Shown piece after piece: positions 50,470-58,754 of a stretch of 64,000 bases of DNA (positions are counted from its first letter, which is position 1; the number at the start of each line of letters is the position of its first letter). Location: the NCBI GenBank assembly GCA_965242965.1, contig OZ251518.1, forward strand, positions 4,608,001 through 4,672,000. The letters are read 5' to 3'. Source of the DNA: Candidatus Poribacteria bacterium (GTDB taxonomy: Bacteria > Poribacteria > WGA-4E > WGA-3G). The translations under genes and the position numbers were made by a program. The notes below the pieces were generated by a model, which did not search any database, was not told the DNA's origin, and was given only the letters and a program-made list of their open reading frames with translations.

Positions 50470-50918
50470 CTGAGCAATTTGATCTTACGGATGACGATTT
50501 GTTCGCTATTGAGATTGCGAAAAAGGTCGCGCGCCAGTTTCTGCGAGACCTTAAGGTTACTCCTCCGCAGATTGTTGGGCTTGGAAACGCTTTGTACGCG
50601 CTTGAACGGCTGCCTGTTTGTACGCCAGGAGCGGCAGTTGAGTTCACTGTTTCTCTCAGACAAGGTCCCAAAGACTACGAAGAAACAAACTATATAACCT
50701 TCGCAATTGAAGATGGGCTTTTCGAGATCCAGAAAGGATGGATTTTCCACGACTTTCTTGGAGAGCACGAATCTGAACCAGGATGGTGGATTGAAAGTCA
50801 AGGATACCGTAAAACCGAGTGCAATCTCCATCTAATTGAGGAGGCTGTATTTTGGATGTTGGCCTATCCCGGTGCCGAGATATCCGTATCTGATTCTTCT
50901 GAAATTGAGTTTGAATAG
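50466..50918 (+). CDS. Hypothetical acidic protein
   Basis: ATGA-coupled to the DUF4062 gene; 150 aa. Confidence 0.65.
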   Translation: MTEQFDLTDDDLFAIEIAKKVARQFLRDLKVTPPQIVGLGNALYALERLPVCTPGAAVEFTVSLRQGPKDYEETNYITFAIEDGLFEIQKGWIFHDFLGEHESEPGWWIESQGYRKTECNLHLIEEAVFWMLAYPGAEISVSDSSEIEFE

Positions 50919-50986
50919 GCGACATAATGCTTGGAGCTTTTACCAAAATCTTTTCCGATAGGACTCCCCTCTAGGGCAAGTTAAGT

Positions 50987-51313
50987 GAGGGTGTTTCATA
51001 AATCGCCCAACGTCGCGGGGGACAGGCCCCCGCGTTACGATAAAAAAACGCCTCCCCTTTACGTAGGGCGAGGGCCCTTGCAGGTTTCCGCACGCGCAGA
51101 CGAGCAGGTTTCCCCCGCCACGCGTCTTGCTGTCAGACTGCATCCCCTCTGTAAATCAGGATCGCCTGATCCTGATCTGTTCGGGATCGGGCGATCCCGA
51201 ACTACAGAGGTGGGCCCAATGCCTTCCGGTAGGAGAGACCGGGAGGGCTCTCTTACAGGGACACCGCTTGCATCGAGACCGGGACGGTGCCAACGGATTT
51301 ATGAAACCTCCTC
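50987..51313. mobile_element. MITE of the GAGGGTGTTTCATA family
   Basis: Left TIR intact, right TTTATGAAACCTCCTC; flanks AGTTAAGT / AGTTAACG. Confidence 0.8.
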
Positions 51314-51392
51314 AGTTAACGGCCAATCGGGTAGCTGCACCACCTATGTTAAATAAACTAATGCTGATTTTTAATTCTAAAGGAGGCAGAAA

Positions 51393-51519
51393 CATGAGAA
51401 ACATCCGTCGCTTTTGGATTGTGTTCCTCGCTTGTCTCACGCTATTTGCGTCTGCACAAGAAACGCAAGAATCAAAAGTTAAACGGCTCAGGGCTAGACT
51501 TTCTACAAATAACCGTTGA
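51393..51519 (+). pseudogene. Truncated secreted-protein gene
   Basis: AAGGAGG RBS, signal peptide MRNIRRFWIVFLACLTLFASA, stop after about 41 aa. Confidence 0.5.
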
Positions 51520-51655
51520 TAGCGTTACACAACTCTTGACCTAATTCGGTGTTTGTGGTAAGCGGAACCGTCACCTAATTCACCGTGGCCGTTCGCGCCG
51601 ATTGTCAGGGTGGATTTCTATAGCCGCCCGCTTGTATCATAAGGAATATAATCAA

Positions 51656-51715
51656 ATGAACTTGCAACAACTGAGCGCGCTCTATGCGGAACTTCTTGCG
51701 ATTAATCATAAGTAA
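51656..51715 (+). pseudogene. N-terminal remnant resembling 53997
   Basis: AAGGAATATAATCAAATGAACTTGCAACAACTG vs AAGGAGTATAACACAATGAACCTGCAACAACTG; MNLQQL. Confidence 0.6.
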
Positions 51716-51736
51716 ACTCGAATTTATATTTTTTAG

Positions 51737-51765
51737 TTGACAAATTGACGAATATAAAGTATAAT
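51737..51765 (+). promoter_or_regulatory. Consensus promoter with a long leader
   Basis: TTGACA-N17-TATAAT, about 270 nt before ATG 52036. Confidence 0.7.
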
Positions 51766-51783
51766 TTATTTCAAATCTATTAG

Positions 51784-52009
51784 ATTTTCCGATCTTTCAG
51801 GACAATTCAGTTCTCCGCCTCTGTCGTTTGCGAACGTCTGAATTTCTGGAAACCTGCTGGTTTCCAAACGTTCTCAAATAGGCCAAGAGCCTCCGAAGTT
51901 CTGGCATGTTTGCCAAACGTTCGTGAACTACACAGGCGGGCCGGCTGCCAATTTCGAGCTCGGCAGCGAACACCTAAAACTAAATAGTCCTGCCGAATCT
52001 TCGGGAAAT
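51784..52009 (+). ncRNA. Candidate structured leader RNA
   Basis: Nested pairings 51784-92/52001-09, 51798-803/51987-92, 51815-40/51914-39, plus internal hairpins. Confidence 0.45.
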
Positions 52010-52035
52010 TTCAATGAAAGGAGGCAATAGCCATT

Positions 52036-52332
52036 ATGGATCCTGCGGCAACAAACGAAGCTGCGGCTTGTGGAATCGGAGTTCTTCTTCTTTCCATTCT
52101 GGTCGCGCTGTTCGTGTTTAACATCATCTTGTTAGTTTGGGTTACCCGTGATGCGAAAGCACGAGGTATGAGCAGCCCTGTGGTATGGATGCTGGTAGTT
52201 TTCTTTCTCAGCATCTTCGGCCTGCTCCTTTACCTTCTGTCGAGACCTAAGGGTAAACTGGCAAGATGCTCTAGTTGCAATAACAAGCGTCTTGAGGTTA
52301 GCGCGACATGTCCGCATTGCGGCAACGCCTGA
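52036..52332 (+). CDS. Small membrane protein with C-terminal zinc ribbon
   Basis: WVTRDAKARG..W....F...GLLLYLLSRP; CSSC...CPHCG; AAGGAGG RBS. Confidence 0.8.
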   Translation: MDPAATNEAAACGIGVLLLSILVALFVFNIILLVWVTRDAKARGMSSPVVWMLVVFFLSIFGLLLYLLSRPKGKLARCSSCNNKRLEVSATCPHCGNA

Positions 52333-52405
52333 GCGACACAGGAGGCGTGCGCTTATACCTGAAGGCACGCCTCTCGTCTTGATGAAACGAGGACAGAAAT
52401 AGACG

Positions 52406-52676
52406 ATGGCATTGGGATGCGGAGGCTTCAAGTTGCTTTTGCCGGTTTTCTTAGCCATTCTGCTTTTCGGGGCAGTTTGGGTAGGGCTACCGGGATGCGA
52501 CAGCCCGCGAGATGGATAGTCCTGCCCACTAGTTAATTGTTGTCTTAGTTGCAACAGTGATAGGGCTGACTGTTTACCTTATCGTCAGGCCGGATGCCTA
52601 TCTGGTGGGATGCCCGGGGTCTCGTAAGAGACACCTGGCAGGGAGTGCGACATGTCTGCATTGCGACAATGCCTAA
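52406..52676 (+). pseudogene. Frameshifted paralog of 52036..52332
   Basis: YRDATAREMDSPAH*LIVV...GLTVYLIVRP...SATCLHCDNA. Confidence 0.7.
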
Positions 52677-52987
52677 AAAATCCGAGAATCTATCTTTGCT
52701 TGCTAGCGGCGGTGTTGCTGCTTGCGACGGTAGATTCCTTTCGCGCGCCTTCTTCGCAGTTGACTGCGCGTGTTTACGTTGGCTTGGTGAGGCACGTTTA
52801 TCAAACCGCCGGCCGGCCCATCACGAAACGTTGGGCTCAGTGCCGATACGTTCCAACCTGTTCGGAGTATTCAATCGCTGCGGTTTCCACGCACGGTATC
52901 CGTCGCGGATTAGTATTAACGGTGAAACGTCTGATGTCCTGCAAGGCTTCTGTCCCGTTGGGAACGGCGGATCCGGTGCAGGATTAA
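52652..52987 (+). CDS. yidD: Membrane protein insertion efficiency factor YidD-like
   Basis: YQ...P, CRYVPTCSEYS..A...HG...G....KRL.SC, DPV. Confidence 0.8.
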   Translation: MSALRQCLKNPRIYLCLLAAVLLLATVDSFRAPSSQLTARVYVGLVRHVYQTAGRPITKRWAQCRYVPTCSEYSIAAVSTHGIRRGLVLTVKRLMSCKASVPLGTADPVQD

Positions 52988-53094
52988 CAGACACAGCGTA
53001 TCAAATTCCCAGTCTTTAGGCTGCGGGATGTAGATACGCCGCCGCGCCTTGAGGCGCGGCAAAGTCGTTTTGCTTTAGCAGATGAAAAAAACAT

Positions 53095-53123
53095 TTGATT
53101 TTTAAGGTCAAAATGTGTATAAT
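53095..53123 (+). promoter_or_regulatory. Sigma70-type promoter
   Basis: TTGATT-N17-TATAAT with extended TG. Confidence 0.6.
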
Positions 53124-53267
53124 ATGCAGTAACCGTTGGCGGTGAAAGCAGCGATGGCATCCGAGTCATCGTCACCGCCAGTCCACTGCTACGGTGAAAC
53201 CCCGTTGTCCCGTTCAGCGTGTGGGCAAGGTCAAATCGGCCGAATGAAATCAAAAGGAGAATTCTTA

Positions 53268-53933
53268 ATGAGAGAAATTAGCGAATCCGATATCGCCGCA
53301 GTAGCGGCGAAGATAGAGGAGGAGGAACTGCCTCGTATATTCCTCGCCGAAGGGGAGGCAGCTTCTGAATACAACGAGGCGACAGCCGGTGCGGTTATCG
53401 ACTGTGTGCTTTCACTCCGTAGAAAATACGACGAATTTGTGGTTCCCCGCCTGAAGGACTTCCAGCGCAACCATCCTCAGGTCCGGAGTATTGTCCAATT
53501 GGCAGAGCTCATGGACAGCTATCCAACGCCCTTAGACTTCAGTATCGAGGAACTCAGGTACAGAGACGAGGACCGCGCGAGGATTCTTCGGGAGGTTGTC
53601 CAATTCGTTTGCACAATTGTGCAAGAATCTCCGACGCTCCCCGAAGAAGAGATTCTCAAGGACTGGGCACTGCAAGCCGAACCACATGAGGCCGAGACAT
53701 TGGGCATCAGAGGTTTTAAACTTGCTGGTTTCCAGTATCTCCGCATCCGTTTCGGCGCGGATACGACGAAACCCGACAGGCATATCATCGGATTTATCGA
53801 TGATGCGTTAAACCGCAGGGTTTCGGATTATGAGGCACTTGCCCTTTTGGAAGCGGCCTCAAAACGTTTGGGACACTCCGTTCGGGAAGTTGATAGCGCG
53901 ATTTGGCGAAGCCGCGCTCGTGACGATTCCTAA
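53268..53933 (+). CDS. HhH / DNA-glycosylase-fold hypothetical protein
   Basis: VIDCVLS, IRGFKLAGFQYLR..FG.DT.KPDRH, EVDSAIW; AAGGAG RBS. Confidence 0.6.
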   Translation: MREISESDIAAVAAKIEEEELPRIFLAEGEAASEYNEATAGAVIDCVLSLRRKYDEFVVPRLKDFQRNHPQVRSIVQLAELMDSYPTPLDFSIEELRYRDEDRARILREVVQFVCTIVQESPTLPEEEILKDWALQAEPHEAETLGIRGFKLAGFQYLRIRFGADTTKPDRHIIGFIDDALNRRVSDYEALALLEAASKRLGHSVREVDSAIWRSRARDDS

Positions 53934-53996
53934 CAAATGGATTGTAAGGGGGCGGATGTCTCTATCCGCCCCTTTATATCAAAGGAGTATAACACA

Positions 53997-54818
53997 ATGA
54001 ACCTGCAACAACTGATTCAGCTGTCGGATGTCTATTCTTCAGAAGAGGAATTCTCTGACGATCTTGCGGACAATCTTGACGTGCTCAATGTCGGCGCATT
54101 TGAAGATGTGGAAAGGGAAGCCAACGTTGGATCCCGCAGAGCAGACATCGTTGCTATCGGCGAAGATGGCACCCTCGTTGTCGAAAACCAATTCGGAAAG
54201 GCAGATTGGGATCACTGGGGTAGACTTGAAGCCTACGCCCGATTGAAGAAGGCCGACGTGGCTGTCCTAGTGGCTGAGAACTTTGAGGGACTCATGATTA
54301 CCACGTGTGACCTTCGGAATGAAGATAGCGAAATTGATTGGTATCTCATTCAGGTAGAGGTAAATTCGCACGAGGAACTCTCCTTCCATCCCATCGTTCA
54401 ACCAGCGATAGATCTTCAAGTTGAGCGAAACGCCGGAGTGGAATACAGCGAATTCTGGGCACCGATCCGCAAGAAAGGTCTATTTGCTGGAAAACCTGTG
54501 CCTGTCCGTTACGAACGTTCCATTCAAAAACGCGTTCGTCGCGTAGTTCTGACCCTCACACTTAACAATCACAGTTGTTATATTCAAATGTCATTTGAGG
54601 GAGACAACAGAGATCAACGCCGGGACGCAATCCTGGAGTTGTTTCCAAACCCGGAATACGATTACGACCGCAGCGAATCGTCGCAATCTGTATCGGTTAC
54701 ATTTCCTGTTCTTGATGATAAGGGCCTGGGAAATCGTGAAGATTGGGACGAAATCCGCGAGAAATTAGTTGCCAAGGGCACCGAAATCTACAACAGAATC
54801 AAAAATTCTGACGTGTAG
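53997..54818 (+). CDS. PD-(D/E)xK (NucS-like) nuclease with DUF4268-like C-terminus
   Basis: EREANVGSRRADIVA...VVENQF...DWDH.G.L..YA; YSEFW; DWDEI. Confidence 0.7.
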   Translation: MNLQQLIQLSDVYSSEEEFSDDLADNLDVLNVGAFEDVEREANVGSRRADIVAIGEDGTLVVENQFGKADWDHWGRLEAYARLKKADVAVLVAENFEGLMITTCDLRNEDSEIDWYLIQVEVNSHEELSFHPIVQPAIDLQVERNAGVEYSEFWAPIRKKGLFAGKPVPVRYERSIQKRVRRVVLTLTLNNHSCYIQMSFEGDNRDQRRDAILELFPNPEYDYDRSESSQSVSVTFPVLDDKGLGNREDWDEIREKLVAKGTEIYNRIKNSDV

Positions 54819-54831
54819 AGGAGGGATAACT

Positions 54832-55092
54832 ATGCTTCCAACAATTAGAGGCGTGTATCGCGACGGTAACATTGAACTCGCGGAAACACCGCCGGATGTA
54901 TGCGAAGGCACATTTGTCGTCGTAACCTTTTTTCCACCCAATCCTACGGATTTGCAGGAATGCGGCATTGACGAAGCGGAGGCAGCCGAAATCCGGGCGC
55001 GCCTCGCCTCTTTTGCCGAGGAGTGGGACAGACCCGAGATGAGTGTCTACGACAGTTATGATGAGGCAAAATCCAAGTTACAAACGCGGTGA
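54832..55092 (+). CDS. Putative antitoxin (DUF104/AF2212-like N-terminus)
   Basis: TIRGVYRDGNIEL; acidic EEWDRPEMSVYD tail; overlaps the toxin. Confidence 0.7.
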   Translation: MLPTIRGVYRDGNIELAETPPDVCEGTFVVVTFFPPNPTDLQECGIDEAEAAEIRARLASFAEEWDRPEMSVYDSYDEAKSKLQTR

Positions 55093-55417
55093 TGTCATCT
55101 TATCGCGCTTTCCCGAGTCCAACTTGCGCCGGACCAAGTTCCGCCCTGGATTAATCATTCAAGCTGACGAGCTCCAAACCGGTTTGCCGCAATTAGTGGT
55201 GGCGACAATTACGAGCAATATGCGCCGCGCATACCACCCTAGCCGCGTTCCTCTTTTCCTTGACACGCCGGAGGGACAGCAATCAGGATTGTTCATGGAC
55301 TCGGTAGTGATGACTGACAATCTCGCTACGGTTGTTGAAGCAACAATTGAGCGTGTTATTGGTTCAATTCCAATGACAAAAGTTGACGCAGCTCTACGAC
55401 ATACGTTGAATCTATAA
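55058..55417 (+). CDS. PemK/MazF-family toxin
   Basis: YKRGDVIL..FP, K.RPGLIIQ, VATITS, SGL..DSV...DNL.TV. Confidence 0.9.
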   Translation: MMRQNPSYKRGDVILSRFPESNLRRTKFRPGLIIQADELQTGLPQLVVATITSNMRRAYHPSRVPLFLDTPEGQQSGLFMDSVVMTDNLATVVEATIERVIGSIPMTKVDAALRHTLNL

Positions 55418-55439
55418 CCGATAAAGTGAGGACTTGGCA

Positions 55440-55829
55440 ATGAAAGTGCATGAATTCACCTTCATTTTAACCGAAGACCCGGGCGAAGACGAAGCAGCCC
55501 GGCTTTACAGCCTCTTCAATGATGGCACGCTTGCCACTATCGATGGCGTGCCACAAATTGATTTTCATCGGGAGGCACCGACGTTGGAGGAAGCTATCAG
55601 TACCGCATTGGGCAGCGTGAGAAAAGAAGGTTTTGAAGTCGTCTGTGTGGAAATCGAACCAACCCGCTCAATAAATCTGCGAAGACGCGGCATTAACGAA
55701 GCAGAGGCTGCAGCGATGCGGGCCAGCTTCGCCTCCTTTGTTGAAGACTGGGATAGCCCCGAGATGAGCCTTTACGATAACTATGATGAGGAATTCGCCA
55801 AACTGCAAGCGGCTCGGCAGAAGGCGTAA
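55440..55829 (+). CDS. Chimeric antitoxin-like protein
   Basis: N-terminus FHREAPTLEEAI; C-terminus paralogous to the tail of 54832. Confidence 0.7.
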   Translation: MKVHEFTFILTEDPGEDEAARLYSLFNDGTLATIDGVPQIDFHREAPTLEEAISTALGSVRKEGFEVVCVEIEPTRSINLRRRGINEAEAAAMRASFASFVEDWDSPEMSLYDNYDEEFAKLQAARQKA

Positions 55830-55867
55830 CTCGCGCCTTGGCGCGGCACATACGGTAAATAGCGAAA

Positions 55868-57637
55868 ATGAATCTCAACATCGCGAGCTTCCGAAGCGCA
55901 GCCACCATACCCAACCTCATCCTCATCGGCATCCTGATAACGTCAGGGGCATTGGTGCTGCAGAACCTGGGGCATAGCGGGATTACCTACTGGGACGAAG
56001 GATTCCACGCCGTCGTCGCTCGGAATTTGACGAAACACCCGTTCAAATTTACGCTTTACGATGAACCGTGGCTACCCTACGACTATAAAAATTGGGGTGA
56101 GAATCACATCTGGCTGCACAAACCGCCTGTCGCGATGTGGACGATTTGCCTCTCGCACTTCATTTTTGGCATCAACACGTTCGCGCTGCGCCTGCCATCC
56201 GCGATTAGCCTCGTTATCACGGTGTGGTTAACGTTTCAGATTGCTTCAAACCTGTTTGACAAACGCGCCGGGGTAATCGCCGCATTTCTCCACGCCTTCA
56301 ACCCGTTTCTGTTTGAATCGGTTCACGGCTACCGCTACTCGGATCATATTGACATCACGCTTCTTCTCTGGGTGCAAGTTTCATGCTGGCTGCTACTCCG
56401 CGCAATTCAGACTGGCAAACGGCGACATTACATTTTTTCGGGCATAGCGATGGGCATCGCTTATCTATCAAAAAGTTATCTCGCGCTGATCACGTTCGGG
56501 ATTGCATTGGTGGTGTGGTTTGCCCAACGGACGCGCTTTCAACGCACGCCTACGGAGGCACGGATTCGGCTCACGGATATCGGCACCCTACTCTTGTCGG
56601 GAATAGCGACGGTGGCACCGTGGGTTACCTACTGCCTCATCCGTTACCCAAACGAATTTTTGTGGGAGCACAAACGCGTGTTGGACCATCTCAACACCGA
56701 TGTCGAAAGTTGGGGCGCGACATGGGACAGACCGGTTTTTGACTACATGATTCTATTTTATCCGCTGTTTTACGCCGCACTCCTCGCAGCGGTGCTGTGT
56801 CTGATAATCGTCCTTCTTAAAAACCGGCGGCTCCCTGAACTTTTCGTCCTCGCATGGGCAATTGGGGTGATTGTGCCGCATACGCTGGCGGAGACAAAAA
56901 CGCCATCGGCGACGATGATTGCCGTGCCGCCGCTGCTTATCTGCTTCGCTGCAGTCATTAGCCGTGCATGGCAGCGGAAGGATTGGCTCTACACCGCTAT
57001 CTGGGTTGCGGCGATGCTTGCGGTAACTGTTGTTCCAGGGGGACGTTCTCTCGTAAGTAGTCGAGATCAATTTGATAAACTCAATGCGTTCGCACCGTTC
57101 GTCCAGACAAACTTCTGGATTATTGTGCAACTTATCGGTTTTGGCGTGCTGCTAGCGATTTTCATTGGTATCTATCTGCTACTTCGTGAGCGGAAATCGC
57201 AAGAATGGGGCTGGCGAGGACTTCGCGCGATGGCTCTCATCATTGCGGTGTTTTATGCATGGGGGTATGTCAACGCCGCTTACCGCGTCACAGAACGGAA
57301 TAGCAAGGTGCCGTTGTATGAAACAACCGGAACGCGGCTCCAGCGTGAGATGCCCGAAAACGCCTGCTTTTTTCTTGACGATGAACGTGTCGGCGCGCAC
57401 TTCGATTTGATGTATTACGCCGACAGAGCTACGTATCAGATTTTCAACAAGCACATGAAAGCACCGCGTGATTACGTCAGCGATGCGAAAAAGGCGAGAG
57501 AAGCAGGCGCGATTCCGTATCTTTTTTCGATTAAGGAAACGGAACACGCCTATCCGCTGTTCCTTGAAGGTGAGGTGGAGCTCGGACAAGGCAAGACGCG
57601 GCGATACCGCATTTTTGAAATCACGGAAGCGAGGTGA
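55868..57637 (+). CDS. ArnT/PMT-family (GT-C) glycosyltransferase
   Basis: WDEGFHA.VARN, HKPP, FALRLPS, LSKS; many TMs. Confidence 0.85.
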   Translation: MNLNIASFRSAATIPNLILIGILITSGALVLQNLGHSGITYWDEGFHAVVARNLTKHPFKFTLYDEPWLPYDYKNWGENHIWLHKPPVAMWTICLSHFIFGINTFALRLPSAISLVITVWLTFQIASNLFDKRAGVIAAFLHAFNPFLFESVHGYRYSDHIDITLLLWVQVSCWLLLRAIQTGKRRHYIFSGIAMGIAYLSKSYLALITFGIALVVWFAQRTRFQRTPTEARIRLTDIGTLLLSGIATVAPWVTYCLIRYPNEFLWEHKRVLDHLNTDVESWGATWDRPVFDYMILFYPLFYAALLAAVLCLIIVLLKNRRLPELFVLAWAIGVIVPHTLAETKTPSATMIAVPPLLICFAAVISRAWQRKDWLYTAIWVAAMLAVTVVPGGRSLVSSRDQFDKLNAFAPFVQTNFWIIVQLIGFGVLLAIFIGIYLLLRERKSQEWGWRGLRAMALIIAVFYAWGYVNAAYRVTERNSKVPLYETTGTRLQREMPENACFFLDDERVGAHFDLMYYADRATYQIFNKHMKAPRDYVSDAKKAREAGAIPYLFSIKETEHAYPLFLEGEVELGQGKTRRYRIFEITEAR

Positions 57638-57739
57638 TTAAGGTTGACAACGCGATGGACGATGTGGTATCATATTTCTAACTTCTTCCGGTAGGAGCGA
57701 TTTCTTCCGGATATTCATTTGACAAAGGAGGCCGTAACG

Positions 57740-57967
57740 ATGACGAACGAACGGCTGACGCTTGAAGAGATGGAGCAGCACTTCCCCGATGAATGGCTGC
57801 TCATCGTTGATTGTGAATTCAGCGACAATGCCGAACTTCTCGCGGGACGCGTTGCTGTCCACAGCAAAAACCGTGAGGATATTTACGCTGTCTCGGGAAA
57901 CTATAGCGGCGGCAGAGCGACGCGCTATACGGGCAAAATGCCTGAAGGTGTGGGGTATTTACTGTAA
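57740..57967 (+). CDS. Small hypothetical protein (DUF5678-like)
   Basis: AAGGAGG RBS; FPDEWLLI, G.V..HS..RE.IY, YTG. Confidence 0.7.
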   Translation: MTNERLTLEEMEQHFPDEWLLIVDCEFSDNAELLAGRVAVHSKNREDIYAVSGNYSGGRATRYTGKMPEGVGYLL

Positions 57968-58102
57968 TGGCACGCATCACTTTTGACCGGAGTTACCCGT
58001 TAATTATTGTGAACCTTCGGGTTGGATACAGGGGCTTCAACCACTGCTATTCCAGCAAAAGTTGCACTATATTTGGGCTATGATTTGGCAAATCTAATGT
58101 AA
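57967..58102 (+). pseudogene. Retropepsin-like aspartyl protease remnant
   Basis: TAATG coupling; shifted frame reads LDTGASTTAIP...LGYD then stops. Confidence 0.65.
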
Positions 58103-58137
58103 TAGCGCGTATTTTCTTCTGCACTCTCAAAAATCGC

Positions 58138-58166
58138 TTGATTAAAGATACCCATTATGCTACAAT
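58138..58166 (+). promoter_or_regulatory. Probable glyQS promoter
   Basis: TTGATT-N17-TACAAT with extended TG, immediately before the MITE. Confidence 0.55.
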
Positions 58167-58172
58167 TAACCT

Positions 58173-58663
58173 GAGGGTGTTTCATATCTCGATGCGTTCG
58201 GTAGGAGAGCCTTCCGGTCTTGATTTTCCCGTAGCGCGGGGGCCTGTCCCCCGCGTTGTCCATCGTCACGAGGTGGCGTTTTAGGTCCTTTAGGTCCTAC
58301 ATGTCTATAGAAACATGTGTCGTTACATTTTCAAGGTCCTTTAGGTCCTTAATAAAAACACACGCGGCCCTGGCAAAAACTATTAAGGACCTAAAGGACC
58401 TTAGCGTTCTTCGCAGGCACGCGTGCTATAGACATTAAGGTCCTACGGACCTAAGAATCGTTTTTTCATCGTAGCGCGGGGGCCCTCGGATGCCATACGC
58501 GCCTCCGAGCGGGTTTCCCCCGCGATCGCAGCATGGCGAGGGCCTGTCCTTCGCCCTACGTGAAGGGGTGGCGTTTTTTTCACCGTAGCGCGGGGGCCTC
58601 GGATGCCACACGAGCATTCAAGCGGGTTTCACTGCGACATTGAGCGATTTATGAAACACCCTC
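58173..58663. mobile_element. MITE of the GAGGGTGTTTCATA family
   Basis: Both TIRs present; AATTAACCT duplicated at 58164-58172 and 58664-58672. Confidence 0.9.
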
Positions 58664-58754
58664 AATTAACCTGAATCAATCAATTTACAAGCAGTGCTGT
58701 GCACCGCTTTGCTTTGCACTGCACGCTTTTCACGGAGAAACTCGCAAAATAGAA

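Noticed and set aside
48958-58172. Integron cassette array or tRNA-integrated element
   Set aside because: No integrase, no convincing attC, no duplicated tRNA 3' end; units carry their own promoters
58173-58754. T-box riboswitch for glyQS
   Set aside because: No T-box consensus seen; the region is explained by the MITE
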